A DNA stretch of 64,000 nucleotides from Verrucomicrobiota bacterium (GTDB lineage Bacteria; Verrucomicrobiota; Kiritimatiellia; CAIVKH01): positions 51,434-115,433 of the forward strand of contig JACKPT010000007.1 of the NCBI GenBank assembly GCA_024233345.1, in the 5' to 3' direction. The notes under the pieces are model-generated. The model was given only the letters and a program-made list of their open reading frames with translations. It was not told the origin of the DNA and did no database searches. Of the stretch, positions 10,374-20,374 are shown piece after piece. The stretch's first letter is position 1. Every line of letters begins with the position of its first letter. The translations under genes were made by a program, and so were the position numbers.

Positions 10374-11795
10374 ATGAAGAAAACCCTGTTTGAAAAAATC
10401 TGGAACCAGCATGTTGTCAAAACCCTCGATGACGGCACGGTGATTCTCTATATCGACCGCCATCTGGTGCATGAAGTCACCAGCCCTCAAGCCTTCGAGG
10501 GGCTTCGGCTGACCGGGCGAACCCTGCGGCATCCTGAATTGACCTTTTCCACCATGGATCACAATGTGCCGACCGATGATCGGTCGGAGATCAAGGACCC
10601 GATCTCCCGCGCCCAGGTGGAGGCGCTGCGCAAGAATTGCAAGGATTTTGGGGTCACCCTGTACGATCTGGACAGCGAACACCAGGGCATTGTCCACATC
10701 ATCGGGCCGGAATTGGGCATCACCCTGCCGGGACTGACCATGGTGTGCGGAGATTCCCACACCTCCACCCATGGGGCGTTCGGAACGCTTGCGTTCGGTA
10801 TTGGCACCTCGGAAGTCGAGCATGTGCTCGCCACCCAGACCCTGCGCCAGTCCCGGCCCAAGACCTTCAAGGTGGAGTTTACCGGCTCGCTCAAGCCGGG
10901 GGCTACCGCCAAGGACATGATTTTGAAGCTGATTGGCAAGATCGGCACTGCGGGCGGCACTGGTTATGTCATTGAGTACTGTGGCTCCGCGATCCGGGCC
11001 TTGTCCATGGAAGGCCGGATGACCATCTGTAATATGAGCATCGAGGGTGGGGCCCGGGCCGGATTGATTGCGCCCGACGACACCACGCTGAACTATGTCC
11101 TTTCCGGGGATAAACCATTCCGACCCAAGGGCGAGGCGCTGGATCGTTCGATTGCCTACTGGAAGTCCCTGCCCACCGATGAGGGGGCGGAATTTGACCG
11201 GGAAATCACGTTGGACGCCTCGGACATTGCCCCCCAGGTCACGTGGGGAACCAGTCCGGGGATGGTCACGGATGTCTCCGGCACCGTGCCGGACCCCTCC
11301 ACGGTGCCGGGCTACAGCCGGCGGGATGTGGAACAGGCTCTGGAGTACATGGGGCTTACTCCGGGAACAAAAATCACGGACATTCGTCCGGATACAATTT
11401 TTATCGGCAGTTGCACCAATGCCCGGCTGGAAGATCTGCGGACCATTTCCCGCCTGATCAAGGGCCGTAAGAAGGCGGACTCGCTTCGGGTAATCGTGGT
11501 GCCGGGCTCCATGCAGGTTCGCCGTCAGGCCGAGGCGGAAGGCATCGATGAGATCTTCAAGTCGTTCGGGGCGGAGTGGCGCATGGCCGGATGCAGCATG
11601 TGCCTCGGTATGAATCCCGACCAGCTGACCCCCGGTGAGCGTTCCGCATCAACCTCGAACCGGAATTTTGAAGGCCGCCAGGGCAAGGGCGGACGTACCC
11701 ATCTGGTCAGTCCGGAAATGGCCGCCGCTGCCGCAGTAGAAGGTCACTTTGTGGACATTCGCGAGTGGGAACCCTACCAGCAAATGGCTCGTTAA
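10374..11795 (+). CDS. leuC: 3-isopropylmalate dehydratase large subunit
   Basis: [62 protein letters not shown]. 473 aa. Confidence 0.95.
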   Translation: MKKTLFEKIWNQHVVKTLDDGTVILYIDRHLVHEVTSPQAFEGLRLTGRTLRHPELTFSTMDHNVPTDDRSEIKDPISRAQVEALRKNCKDFGVTLYDLDSEHQGIVHIIGPELGITLPGLTMVCGDSHTSTHGAFGTLAFGIGTSEVEHVLATQTLRQSRPKTFKVEFTGSLKPGATAKDMILKLIGKIGTAGGTGYVIEYCGSAIRALSMEGRMTICNMSIEGGARAGLIAPDDTTLNYVLSGDKPFRPKGEALDRSIAYWKSLPTDEGAEFDREITLDASDIAPQVTWGTSPGMVTDVSGTVPDPSTVPGYSRRDVEQALEYMGLTPGTKITDIRPDTIFIGSCTNARLEDLRTISRLIKGRKKADSLRVIVVPGSMQVRRQAEAEGIDEIFKSFGAEWRMAGCSMCLGMNPDQLTPGERSASTSNRNFEGRQGKGGRTHLVSPEMAAAAAVEGHFVDIREWEPYQQMAR

Positions 11796-11819
11796 CCCTG
11801 ATCCTGAGGAGAATCAATT

Positions 11820-12464
11820 ATGGAACCGTTTACCAATCACCGCGGGCTGATCGCCACCTTGGATCGCGCCAATGTCGACACCGATGCCATCATTCCCAAG
11901 CAGTTTCTGAAATCGATCAAGCGCACCGGGTTCGGCGAGAGCCTGTTTTTCGATTGGCGCTATCAGCAGGATGGGTCACCGAACCCGGAGTTTGAACTCA
12001 ACCTGCCGGAATTCAGTGGCGCATCCATTCTGGTCACCAAGAATAACTTTGGCTGCGGCTCCAGCCGCGAGCATGCAGTGTGGGCGGTTATGCAGTACGG
12101 GTTCCGGGTCATTCTGGCACCTCGCAAGGAACTGGACGGGTCATCCATTCCCGCGTTCGCCGACATTTTCCGAAACAACTCGGTGAAAAACGGGCTGCTG
12201 ACCATTGAGCTTGGCGAAGCGGAAGTGAACGCCATCTTCGATGCCGTGGCCCGGTTCAAGAATGTCGAAGCAACCATTGACCTGGACGAACAAAGGGTGG
12301 TGCTTCATCTGGACGAAGAAGAGGCTTTTCACTTTGAAATTGATCCGGTGGTGAAAAAACATTTGCTGCATGGTCTGGATGACATTGCCCTGACCCTTGA
12401 GCACATTGATGCGATCGATGCCTTTGAGCAAAACCACAATGTGCAGATACCCGCCCGGGGATAA
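11820..12464 (+). CDS. leuD: 3-isopropylmalate dehydratase small subunit
   Basis: HRGLIATLDRANVDTDAIIPKQFLK, NFGCGSSREHAVWA. 214 aa, 24 nt after leuC. Confidence 0.93.
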   Translation: MEPFTNHRGLIATLDRANVDTDAIIPKQFLKSIKRTGFGESLFFDWRYQQDGSPNPEFELNLPEFSGASILVTKNNFGCGSSREHAVWAVMQYGFRVILAPRKELDGSSIPAFADIFRNNSVKNGLLTIELGEAEVNAIFDAVARFKNVEATIDLDEQRVVLHLDEEEAFHFEIDPVVKKHLLHGLDDIALTLEHIDAIDAFEQNHNVQIPARG

Positions 12465-12516
12465 ACGAGTCCGGACGGCTCCGGGCTTTGCCGGGGGGGG
12501 CATCTTGGGGAAAAGA

Positions 12517-12546
12517 AAAACGCGCACTCAACAGCGTGCGCGTTTT
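12517..12546. terminator. Bidirectional intrinsic terminator between convergent leuD and PPIase genes
   Basis: Perfect inverted repeat AAAACGCGCAC / GTGCGCGTTTT around an 8-nt loop. It has an A-run on one flank and a T-run on the other. Confidence 0.75.
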
Positions 12547-12570
12547 CGTTGTTCGGGATTGACCCCGGAA

Positions 12571-13641
12571 TCAGTTGGCGGCTGTCGGATAGGTGACGTC
12601 GGCAGCTTCAATCAATTCATCGATGTAGCTGCGAACCACTTCCTGACGTTTTTGGTTGGTCAGGTACTGCCCCAACCGGTCCTTGATCTCATCGAGAGGC
12701 ATGCTGCCGGCTTCAGAACGGTCTGTAACCTTGATGAGGTGATAGCCAAATTGGGTTTCCACGATATCGCCGACTTCGTCAATGGGCTGGGCGAAGGCTG
12801 CTTCTTCAAATGCGGGAACCATCTGGCCCCGACCAAATTGTCCGAGATCGCCGCCGCGGGAACTACTGGGGCAGGAGGAGTGCTCCTTGGCCATGGCCGC
12901 GAAATCCGCGCCGTCGAGGATCTGTTGACGAATCGCTTCCAGCTCGCTCTTCTTTTCGGCCTTGATTTCGTCGGTATCACCGGGCTCAACCGAGATCAGA
13001 ATGTGGCTGGCACTCACCGTTTCGGGCTGGCTGAATTGCTCCTGATTTTCATTGTAGTAGGTGGTGATTTCCTCGTCGGTGGCCTCGGGAATGGTTTCCG
13101 CCTGGGCATCAATCAGTTTTTTGATTTTCAACTCCGTACCCAGATTTTCCATCAGGGACGCTTCGGTCATACCCTGGGCGGCCAGAGCCTGCTCAAAGGT
13201 CATGCCGGGCGGGACGGAGGACTTGAGGGTGTCCAACGCTTCCTCAATGTCGGCGTCGGTGACTTCGATGCCCATGTCCGCGACCTTGTCGATGAGTACT
13301 TTGCGGGTAACCAGGCTGTCGAGCATCTGGCTTTCGACCTGCCCGCGCATTTGCTGAATGCGCTCGGGCGGCATTTGGCTGCCCATCCGGGTCAAGACTT
13401 GGGCAATTTCCTTGTCCAATTCACCGCGGGTAATCGATTCGCCATTGACCGTGGCAACCACTTCGTCGGGATTGGCACTCACCGGAGCCTGCAGGTTATC
13501 GGTAATGTCGGCGGGGAGGGTGGGGATGGAGGTGTCCGCGGACGGGGCGGCCTGGTCATCGGATGCTTTGCTGCATCCGACGGTCAGGAATGCGCTGAGG
13601 GCCGCGGTAATCGCGGTGGTGATCAATCGACTGTTGTACAT
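12571..13641 (-). CDS. Parvulin-type peptidyl-prolyl isomerase lipoprotein (PrsA/SurA-like)
   Basis: ATG 13641 is preceded by AAGGAAAGG. Lipobox LTVGC. PpiC core SASHILIS, FAAMAKEHSSCPSSSRGGDLGQFGRGQMVPAFEEAAF, GYHLIKV. Confidence 0.85.
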   Translation of the reverse strand: MYNSRLITTAITAALSAFLTVGCSKASDDQAAPSADTSIPTLPADITDNLQAPVSANPDEVVATVNGESITRGELDKEIAQVLTRMGSQMPPERIQQMRGQVESQMLDSLVTRKVLIDKVADMGIEVTDADIEEALDTLKSSVPPGMTFEQALAAQGMTEASLMENLGTELKIKKLIDAQAETIPEATDEEITTYYNENQEQFSQPETVSASHILISVEPGDTDEIKAEKKSELEAIRQQILDGADFAAMAKEHSSCPSSSRGGDLGQFGRGQMVPAFEEAAFAQPIDEVGDIVETQFGYHLIKVTDRSEAGSMPLDEIKDRLGQYLTNQKRQEVVRSYIDELIEAADVTYPTAAN

Positions 13642-13755
13642 ATAAAACCTTTCCTTGTGTTGTGAGCTGAAAATTTTGCCTGATCCATGTGATCCTGTCA
13701 AAAGCCGTTTTTGCGGCAGCGGATCACGGGGCAAGGGTTTCCGGGGTCAAAGCGG

Positions 13756-14157
13756 TTAGCGCCGGACGTATTGTCCGCGGGCGACCTTTTTGAATTTCTT
13801 GGATTCCCGGGCCAGGGTCTGGAAGATGATGGTATGAAAGGTGCGCGAGGTGCTCTGGTATCCGGCTTGCTGCACCTTGGCGGCAATCTCGCTCACCGTC
13901 ATGGGCGTATCCTTGGTCATCACACTGAGCATGGCATCGGGGAGGGTCATGGTGTTGCGGGGGCGGGTTCGTCCCAAGCGAACACCGGCAATTCCCTGCA
14001 TATCGCCGCCGGCAGCTTCAATCTGGCGGTCGATTTCGGCGACCTGTTGCAGCAGTTTGGCCCGCTTGGTGATCAGTTTCTGGGTGGATTTTTTACGCCG
14101 GTTGATTTCGGCGAGAATCTCCTGCGTGGAGAGGTCTGAGATGGTTTTCTTGGCCAC
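13756..14157 (-). CDS. Small coiled-coil plus winged-helix (HARE-HTH-like) protein, function unknown
   Basis: GTG 14157 is preceded by AAAGGAAC (an in-frame TTG at 14217 is the alternative). Heptad-like, charged N-terminal half. Arg-rich linker RLGRTRPRN. The C-terminal LPDAMLSVM...MTVSEIAAKVQQAGYQSTS...KFKKVARGQYVRR resembles HARE-HTH/winged-helix modules. Confidence 0.55.
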   Translation of the reverse strand: MAKKTISDLSTQEILAEINRRKKSTQKLITKRAKLLQQVAEIDRQIEAAGGDMQGIAGVRLGRTRPRNTMTLPDAMLSVMTKDTPMTVSEIAAKVQQAGYQSTSRTFHTIIFQTLARESKKFKKVARGQYVRR

Positions 14158-14231
14158 AGTTGAGTTCCTTTCTGAACGGTTGATGCGTAAGACTACCCTG
14201 CCGTCAGAAATGTTCAAGTTATTCTCTAACG

Positions 14232-14912
14232 TTATGCTATTTTTGCAAGCGCCTTGACTGCGGCTTGCTTCTCTGCTTCGCGCTTGCTCGATCCACTTCC
14301 GGTTCCATGCACTTTCTCATTGATGAATACCCGCACGGTGTAGATCTTTTGATGCGGCTGGCCTTCTTCCTTAAGTAAAGAATACACGGGACTGCCAAGG
14401 TTATTTTTTTGCGCCCATTCCTGTAAGGCCCCTTTAGGATTATCCAGAGAATCCGTGTCGTCGGCATCTTTACGTAACGGTAAGATCACATTTGCGAAGA
14501 TGCAGTCCGCGGCGGGCATGCCCCCGTCCAGATAGGCGGCACCGAGCAGGGCTTCCATGGTGTCGGCCAGCAGCGTATCCCGTTCCATTCCCCCGGACTC
14601 CAGTTCGCCCCGTCCGAGCCGGATGTGGGCGCCGAGGCCGATGGCGCGCGCGGCCCTGGCCAGGGGTATGGTGCTGGCCAACGTCACCCGGAGTCGGGTG
14701 AGCTGCCCTTCGTCCCCGGTTTCGCAGGTTCGGTAATAGAAATCGGCGGCCAGCAGTCCCAAAACGGCATCCCCGAGAAACTCCAATCGCTGGTGATCCT
14801 CTTCGACATCGGTTTGTTCGTGCCGGAAAGAGGGGTGGGTGAGGGCGGTCAACAGCAAACGCTGGTCCCGGAAAGTGTATCCAAGGCTGGTTTCAAGGTG
14901 GGTCATAATCAA
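14232..14912 (-). CDS. rnc: Ribonuclease III
   Basis: Signature HQRLEFLGDAVLGLL and a C-terminal dsRBD (NPKGALQEWAQK...GSGSSKREAEKQAA). The start overlaps the xerD stop by 4 nt. Confidence 0.93.
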   Translation of the reverse strand: MIMTHLETSLGYTFRDQRLLLTALTHPSFRHEQTDVEEDHQRLEFLGDAVLGLLAADFYYRTCETGDEGQLTRLRVTLASTIPLARAARAIGLGAHIRLGRGELESGGMERDTLLADTMEALLGAAYLDGGMPAADCIFANVILPLRKDADDTDSLDNPKGALQEWAQKNNLGSPVYSLLKEEGQPHQKIYTVRVFINEKVHGTGSGSSKREAEKQAAVKALAKIA

Positions 14913-15796
14913 CCTCGGGGGTGAAAGCGGTGATGAATCTCTTTCAGGCGGTTCTGGTCGACATGGGTGTATTTCTGGGTGGTGGCGATGTCGGCATGGC
15001 CCAGCATTTCCTGGATCACCCGCAGGGGAGCTTGATTGGCCAGCAGGTGGGTGGCAAAGGAGTGGCGAAGGGTATGGGGGGATATGGGCCGGTCAATCCC
15101 GGCCTGGCGGGCATAGCGTCGAATGAGCGCCCAGATGGTTTTGCGGCTCATCGGTTTTCCTCCCCGGGTGAGAAAGACCTCCCGGACCTCCCGGTGGCCT
15201 GCCAATTGGGGGCGAAGATTATCGAGATACTCGCGAAGAAAGGTTGCCGCAGACCGGCCGTAGGGAACGATACGCTCTTTGTCTCCCTTCCCGATGCAGC
15301 GCACATAGCAGGCATCCCGGTGGACCTGATCCAGGGTCAGGTGGACAAGTTCGGAGACGCGCAGCCCCGAAGCATAGAGTAATTCCATCCAGGCCCGGTC
15401 GCGGAGACCAAGGGGTTTTTGCAAGTCCGGTGCGTTCAGCATCCGCTCCATTTCTTCCGGGGAAAGGGTTTCTGGAAGGGTTTGCCAGAGCTTGGGCGCA
15501 TCCATGGATTCGGTGATATTGATATCGAGCAAACCTTCCTGCTGAAGGTAACGGAAGAGCATACGAATGGCGACCAGGCGCCGGGCCGCGCTGGCCGGGG
15601 CCAGTCCTTGCTCGCGATCATCGAGCAGAAAGTCGAGAATGATGGCCCGGGTCACTCGGCCGAAGGCCTCGATACGGTGTCGCATCAGGTAGCCGGTGAA
15701 GTGTTCGAGGTCATACCGGTAGGCATCCAGCGTGTTGGGACTGAGCCCCTTTTCCAATGCCAGATAATCCAGAAACTGATCGACAAGCGTCCTCAT
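14909..15796 (-). CDS. xerD: Tyrosine recombinase XerD
   Basis: LEKGLSPNTLDAYRYDL, ASGLRVSELV, SPHTLRHSFATHLL, LGHADIATTQKYTHV. The C-terminal HHRFHPRG ending is like E. coli XerD. Confidence 0.85.
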   Translation of the reverse strand: MRTLVDQFLDYLALEKGLSPNTLDAYRYDLEHFTGYLMRHRIEAFGRVTRAIILDFLLDDREQGLAPASAARRLVAIRMLFRYLQQEGLLDINITESMDAPKLWQTLPETLSPEEMERMLNAPDLQKPLGLRDRAWMELLYASGLRVSELVHLTLDQVHRDACYVRCIGKGDKERIVPYGRSAATFLREYLDNLRPQLAGHREVREVFLTRGGKPMSRKTIWALIRRYARQAGIDRPISPHTLRHSFATHLLANQAPLRVIQEMLGHADIATTQKYTHVDQNRLKEIHHRFHPRG

Positions 15797-15812
15797 CCGG
15801 CAGCCCTGGCGA

Positions 15813-16709
15813 TTAGAGCTCCGGAGGCTTGCCGGTGAGCCGTTCGAAGGCCTCCAGGTATTTGTTCCGGGTCTGAAGGACCACGGTTTCCGGCAGGATC
15901 GGGGCAGGTGGCTGCTTGTCCCAGGTCAAGGACTCCAGGTAGTCGCGCACAAATTGCTTGTCATACGACGCCGGCGAGGATCCGGGTTGATAGTGATCCG
16001 CAGGCCAGTACCGGGAGCTGTCCGGGGTGAGAATCTCATCGATCAATCGAAGCTGGCCCTGAGCATCGATGCCAAACTCGAATTTGGTGTCGGCGAGCAG
16101 GATCCCCCGGGTTTGGGCATAATCAGCGGCCTTCCGGTAGAGTGCGAGGGTGGTGGCCTTCAGTTCCGCGGCCAGTGCTGAACCCACGATCTCGACCATC
16201 CGCTCATAGGTAATATTTTCGTCATGCCCCTCGTCGGCCTTGGTGGCGGGGGTGAAGATCGGCTGATCGAGGCGGTCGGCGAGTTGATATCCCGGCCGCA
16301 GGGTCAACCCGCAGACCGAGCCCCCGGCCGCATACTCCTTCCACCCGGATCCGATCAGGTAACCGCGGGCGACACACTCCACCGGCAGCACCTTGGTTTT
16401 GCGCACGAGCATGGAGCGCCCTTCGAGCAGCGACTGGTAGGGGGCAAGGCGGGCGGGGAATTCCCTGACATCGGTACTCAGCACGTGGTGGTTGATCTCC
16501 GATCCAAACCGCGAAAACCACCATGCGGATAATTGGGTCAGAATCTTCCCCTTGTCGGGAATACCGTTGGGCAGGATGCAATCGAACGCGGAGATGCGGT
16601 CGGTGGCGACAATCAGATAGCCCTCCTCCAGATCATACAACTCCCGGACCTTCCCGGAACGCACCGGTATCAGGCCATCCAAGTGCAGCGTGGTCAGGGC
16701 CGGCGACAT
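15813..16709 (-). CDS. purC: Phosphoribosylaminoimidazole-succinocarboxamide (SAICAR) synthase
   Basis: RSGKVRELY, VATDRISAFD, LLADTKFEFG. 298 aa (long form). Confidence 0.92.
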   Translation of the reverse strand: MSPALTTLHLDGLIPVRSGKVRELYDLEEGYLIVATDRISAFDCILPNGIPDKGKILTQLSAWWFSRFGSEINHHVLSTDVREFPARLAPYQSLLEGRSMLVRKTKVLPVECVARGYLIGSGWKEYAAGGSVCGLTLRPGYQLADRLDQPIFTPATKADEGHDENITYERMVEIVGSALAAELKATTLALYRKAADYAQTRGILLADTKFEFGIDAQGQLRLIDEILTPDSSRYWPADHYQPGSSPASYDKQFVRDYLESLTWDKQPPAPILPETVVLQTRNKYLEAFERLTGKPPEL

Positions 16710-16712
16710 GGA

Positions 16713-17048
16713 TCAGCGGCATTCGGGGGGCAGTTGGGCCTTGGCGCTGGCCACGCCGGGGCTGCCATTCACATCAAATCCCGCTCCGAGAATGACGTAT
16801 TCGACATTCTTGATGCCGAGTTTCAAACCATCAAATGTCACGGTTAATTTCCCCTGGGCCAGGTCAGCTTCAACCGTCTGAACGCCGTCGATCATCTTCA
16901 TTGCGTTTTGCAGAGAATCCGAACAGGCCTGCGAGCGCAGGGCCGGGACATCAAAGACAAGCGTCCTGGTATCATTGCGATAACAACCAGTGGAGGCGGC
17001 TATCAGGGAAACCATGAAAATTAGTGTTTTGGGGTTAAATTTCATCAT
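16713..17048 (-). CDS. Lipoprotein with a degenerate heavy-metal-associated (HMA)-like fold
   Basis: Signal/lipobox LIAASTGC. The body (LVFDVPALRSQACSDSLQNAMKMIDGVQTVEADLAQGKLTVTFD...LGAGFDV) follows the HMA beta-alpha-beta-beta-alpha-beta pattern, but GMTCxxC is reduced to a single Cys. It stops 3 nt before the purC start. Confidence 0.5.
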   Translation of the reverse strand: MMKFNPKTLIFMVSLIAASTGCYRNDTRTLVFDVPALRSQACSDSLQNAMKMIDGVQTVEADLAQGKLTVTFDGLKLGIKNVEYVILGAGFDVNGSPGVASAKAQLPPECR

Positions 17049-17170
17049 TTCAGTTGCTTGTCTTTCCGGTTGTATTATGTTGGAGACATCGAAGGTGATA
17101 CTTCCGTTCATTCCAGGAGTTCAAGACTTTTCCGAGGAACCGGGTTCAGTTTCGAGTCGATTTAAAACTT

Positions 17171-17248
17171 AAGAAGGGCGTAGTTGCGTTTATCCCTATG
17201 GGGTTCCTCACCCCGACCTCCTTGGCGCGCTACGTCCTTCTTTTTTTG
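17171..17248 (-). terminator. Long-stem structured element, probable terminator of the 17260-19380 gene
   Basis: AAGAAGGGCGTA (17171-17182) pairs with TACGTCCTTCTT (17231-17242): 12 bp with one G-U. It encloses an inner GGGG/CCCC hairpin (17200-17214). The stem is flanked by a T7 run on the plus strand, which reads as an A-run before the stem on the minus strand. Confidence 0.4.
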
Positions 17249-17259
17249 TCTGTTCTGGC

Positions 17260-19380
17260 TCATGGTGCGTCTGCGCTCTCCGCTGTTTCCTGTATGCGCT
17301 TTTCAGAGAGCTCCTGGGCGATTCTTGCCTTTCGGGCAATGGTGGGAAAGATCCGGTCGAAGGTATCGGCGGCGGACTTGTAGGCCTCTGCCGCTTCTTC
17401 AAAGCGGCCCAACTGATAGAGGGTGAGGGCCCGGTTCATCATCGATTCAGGATGGGGTGGATAAGGCGGTTCCACCGCCAGATCATAGTGCCGGAGGGCC
17501 TGATCATAGTCGCCTTTCCGGAAATAGATATTGCCGATCCGCCAGTCTGCCTTGACGTTGACTCCCTGTTTCCGGTCCAACAAATCGCTGAACATGGCGA
17601 GCGAAGTTTCATAATCGCCGTCCTGATAGTAGCGAACCGCCAGTGCGTTCACAGATTCCAATTGCCCATTGGTCAAACTTCTCCGGCTGGTCAGGAGGTA
17701 ACTCAAGCCCAGGATCATCACGGCGATGATCGCGATGGTCGCCAGGGTTACCTTGAACCGGTTGCGGTCGATCCACAGCGCTACGGGGCCGGCATTGGAG
17801 TATTGGCGGCTCAATGGAACGTCAAACCATTCCGTCTCAATCAACAGGGCGGCCCACAAGGTGGGGTTTGGTGCGGCTTGTTGTACACGGGATCCCGCTG
17901 CGGTTTTTACTGTGGTAATAAGCGGGGTGACCTTGGCCCGGTCCTCCGGTCGATGAACGGCGCTCAGCAGGTGGTGTACCAAGGCTGGGGGTGCCGCTTC
18001 CGGTGCTTCCGCCTCCCGGGGTACCCAGCCCAGGAGATCACCCCGTGTGAGCAACATCGCGGGAGACAGCAGGCGCAGCATGGGCTCCCGGTAAGTCTCG
18101 TCCAGACGAGTGTCCAGCAGGGGAAGGCATTGATAAAATCCCGGTCGCAGATCTTCCTGGTCGGCAGCCCGGTCATCAAAGAGTCGGCGATCCTCACACC
18201 ACAGGGAAAGCATGCGGTCCCGGAGGGCGGAGGTGGTCGATTCGAGCGGGTAGGGTTTCAGGGACTCCGCGATCCCTGCCTCGGATTGAAGAATCCGCAA
18301 GGCATCCAGTTCACCCAACCACAGGCTGATTTCGATCAGGTTATCCCGCTTGTTCCGGGGGCCGGTTTGGGGTGGCCGGCAGTGCGGCGGTTCGGTGAAC
18401 CGGGATGGGAGTGAGTCGCTTGTGGTCAGTCGGGTCAGGTAGGAGGTACAGGCCTCCAGGCTGCTCAGCAGTGATCCGCGGTTGGGCATGGCCCTCCAGC
18501 AGGTGAGGAGAGCGCGAGCCACCATCCCATCCACCGGGTCATCGGGCAGAGGATGGTGTGGGTCATGAATGGGGAGCCAACGGGGCAAGTCGGAACCGGC
18601 TTGGACAGCGCGAAGATAGGAGAGCAGCAGAGTCCATGCGATGACGGGATCAACCCGGCACCAGGTGTTGATCACGGGCAGTAACTGGCGGGTATCCACC
18701 GCGCGGGGCATATCGTCGGATGCGCTGAACAGGCTTTCGCCATCGCCATTGCCGCGCAGCCGGGAATAAAGCTGTTCCACCGCCAGCGCCAGGGCCGGCG
18801 CTGCATTCGAGGGCCGCAAACCCTTGGCCCGGCGCGCACCCTCGATATCGGCAAGCCATTGATGGGGATCCTGCTCCAGAAATCCCTGGGCGTCGGCAAG
18901 TTGCTCGTGGTGCAGTTCGCCCCGGGTGGTGAGACAAAAACGGAGCTTCCCGTTCACAACCCGCCGGGTCATCAACACACTGTTCCTGTCGGCACCTCGA
19001 ATCTCTTCGACTGCTTTCCGCCGCTCAATGTCCGACGTTGATTCGAGACGGGGGGGGGCGGCAACTGGAGCCTCACCGAACAGGATCCCGGGCTCCGGAC
19101 ATATCAGGACATGCTCTCCCTCCGGAGTTTCGAGTTTGATTCCCGATGCACTCCAGTAAAGAAGAGTGAACGACTCCGGTTGTCCGGGGTTGCCCAGATG
19201 TAGTTGCCAGGCATCCCGGTTTCCTTCCCGATGCAGGCATCCGGGCTCTGCGCACTGTATTACCGCGTCCAGTCCGCCCACGGCATGGATGATCTTATCC
19301 GGGGCCGGGGCGAGGGTCCACCCCGGCATCCAGGCGATGCGTTGTTCCGCGGGAACGCTCTGGCTCAATTCATTTGGCAT
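17260..19380 (-). CDS. Membrane-anchored protein with C-terminal TPR repeats, function unknown
   Basis: ATG 19380 (MPNELSQ) was chosen; the longer ORF would run into the divergent SH3 gene. About 560 aa at the N-terminus have no motif I recognise. One TM (VTLATIAIIAVMILGLSYLLT). TPR-like repeats (YYQDGDYETSLAMF, IYFRKGDYDQALRHYDLAV, LYQLGRFEEAAEAYKSA). Confidence 0.6.
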   Translation of the reverse strand: MPNELSQSVPAEQRIAWMPGWTLAPAPDKIIHAVGGLDAVIQCAEPGCLHREGNRDAWQLHLGNPGQPESFTLLYWSASGIKLETPEGEHVLICPEPGILFGEAPVAAPPRLESTSDIERRKAVEEIRGADRNSVLMTRRVVNGKLRFCLTTRGELHHEQLADAQGFLEQDPHQWLADIEGARRAKGLRPSNAAPALALAVEQLYSRLRGNGDGESLFSASDDMPRAVDTRQLLPVINTWCRVDPVIAWTLLLSYLRAVQAGSDLPRWLPIHDPHHPLPDDPVDGMVARALLTCWRAMPNRGSLLSSLEACTSYLTRLTTSDSLPSRFTEPPHCRPPQTGPRNKRDNLIEISLWLGELDALRILQSEAGIAESLKPYPLESTTSALRDRMLSLWCEDRRLFDDRAADQEDLRPGFYQCLPLLDTRLDETYREPMLRLLSPAMLLTRGDLLGWVPREAEAPEAAPPALVHHLLSAVHRPEDRAKVTPLITTVKTAAGSRVQQAAPNPTLWAALLIETEWFDVPLSRQYSNAGPVALWIDRNRFKVTLATIAIIAVMILGLSYLLTSRRSLTNGQLESVNALAVRYYQDGDYETSLAMFSDLLDRKQGVNVKADWRIGNIYFRKGDYDQALRHYDLAVEPPYPPHPESMMNRALTLYQLGRFEEAAEAYKSAADTFDRIFPTIARKARIAQELSEKRIQETAESADAP

Positions 19381-19484
19381 GGGCCGGACTATACAGGAGG
19401 AAGGCGCCCGAGGAAAAGGATGAAGGATTGAATGCGAACAGAAACAGTGGCAGGGTTGCACAGATGGAGAAGGAGAGCGGTACA

Positions 19485-20357
19485 ATGAAGCGATGGTGGA
19501 TGATGGTGATGATGGCGGGCCTGGCCATGCCGGGGTTTTCCCAGGAGCAGGTGGTGGTGAATTCCGACCGGGTGAATTTGCGCAGCCGGCCCGACCTCCA
19601 ATCCGAACATGTCGGCACGGTGAATCAGGGGGACATCCTGCAGGTGATCGCCCGGCATGGCGATTGGATCGAAGTGGTGCCCCCGACCGAAACCACCTTC
19701 TGGGTTCATCGGGATTTTCTTGAGCAGGGCCGGGTCACGACCAAGAAGTTGAATGTGCGGTCAGGCCCCAGTATCAACCACAGCATTGTCGGTCAACTGA
19801 ACAAGGGGGATCTGGTGGTGGAGCGCAGCACGTTCACGGAATGGGTGGAGATTGAACCACCGCCCTCAGCCTCGGTCTATGTCTATGCGGAACTGGTGGA
19901 TTCACCCCGCTCCGTTCCGCCTCTGCCACTGCCGCCGATGGCGGAGCCCCTGGAAGGTCAACCTGGTCCCGAGCCTGCCGGGGCACCCCTTGTCGGCAGC
20001 ACCACCGCACTCCAGCCATTCCCGCCACCGGAGCCCTTTTCGCCCGATCGCATCGGCGGGGAAGGCGCGCCGCCCGACTTAAAATTGATTCCCCTTGCCG
20101 GTCAGGGCCGCCTGGTGCAGCACCAGGGGGAGATCAAGCGAACCCCCTGGTTGATGCGGAATGGCACCAGCCCTTATCGGTTGATTCGCCGTGATGGCAA
20201 TCAAATCACCACCCTCTGTTTTATCCGGGGGAACACCCGCCAACTGGAGTCCCTGCTTGATCAAGTGATGATTGTGCATGGCCGGGCCTACTATGTGGAG
20301 GGAGCCGACTATCCGGTGGTGGTGGTGGAGAAGTTTGAGAAGCGCAACGCTCTTTAA
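19485..20357 (+). CDS. Secreted protein with two bacterial SH3 domains
   Basis: ATG 19485 follows GGAGAAGGAGAG. Signal peptide MKRWWMMVMMAGLAMPGFSQE. Two SH3b-like units (VNLRSRPDLQSEHVGTVNQGDILQVIARHGDWIEV and LNVRSGPSINHSIVGQLNKGDLVVERSTFTEWVEI). Pro-rich linker, then a ~100-aa C-terminal domain. Confidence 0.7.
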   Translation: MKRWWMMVMMAGLAMPGFSQEQVVVNSDRVNLRSRPDLQSEHVGTVNQGDILQVIARHGDWIEVVPPTETTFWVHRDFLEQGRVTTKKLNVRSGPSINHSIVGQLNKGDLVVERSTFTEWVEIEPPPSASVYVYAELVDSPRSVPPLPLPPMAEPLEGQPGPEPAGAPLVGSTTALQPFPPPEPFSPDRIGGEGAPPDLKLIPLAGQGRLVQHQGEIKRTPWLMRNGTSPYRLIRRDGNQITTLCFIRGNTRQLESLLDQVMIVHGRAYYVEGADYPVVVVEKFEKRNAL

Positions 20358-20374
20358 GCGATGATCGGGTCTGT

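Noticed and set aside
10355-10393. 12-codon upstream ORF ([12 protein letters not shown]) overlapping the leuC start; considered as a leucine attenuator leader
   Set aside because: It contains no Leu codons, no terminator or antiterminator follows, and the sequence doubles as the leuC ribosome-binding region. The repeated ATGAAGAAA is probably incidental.
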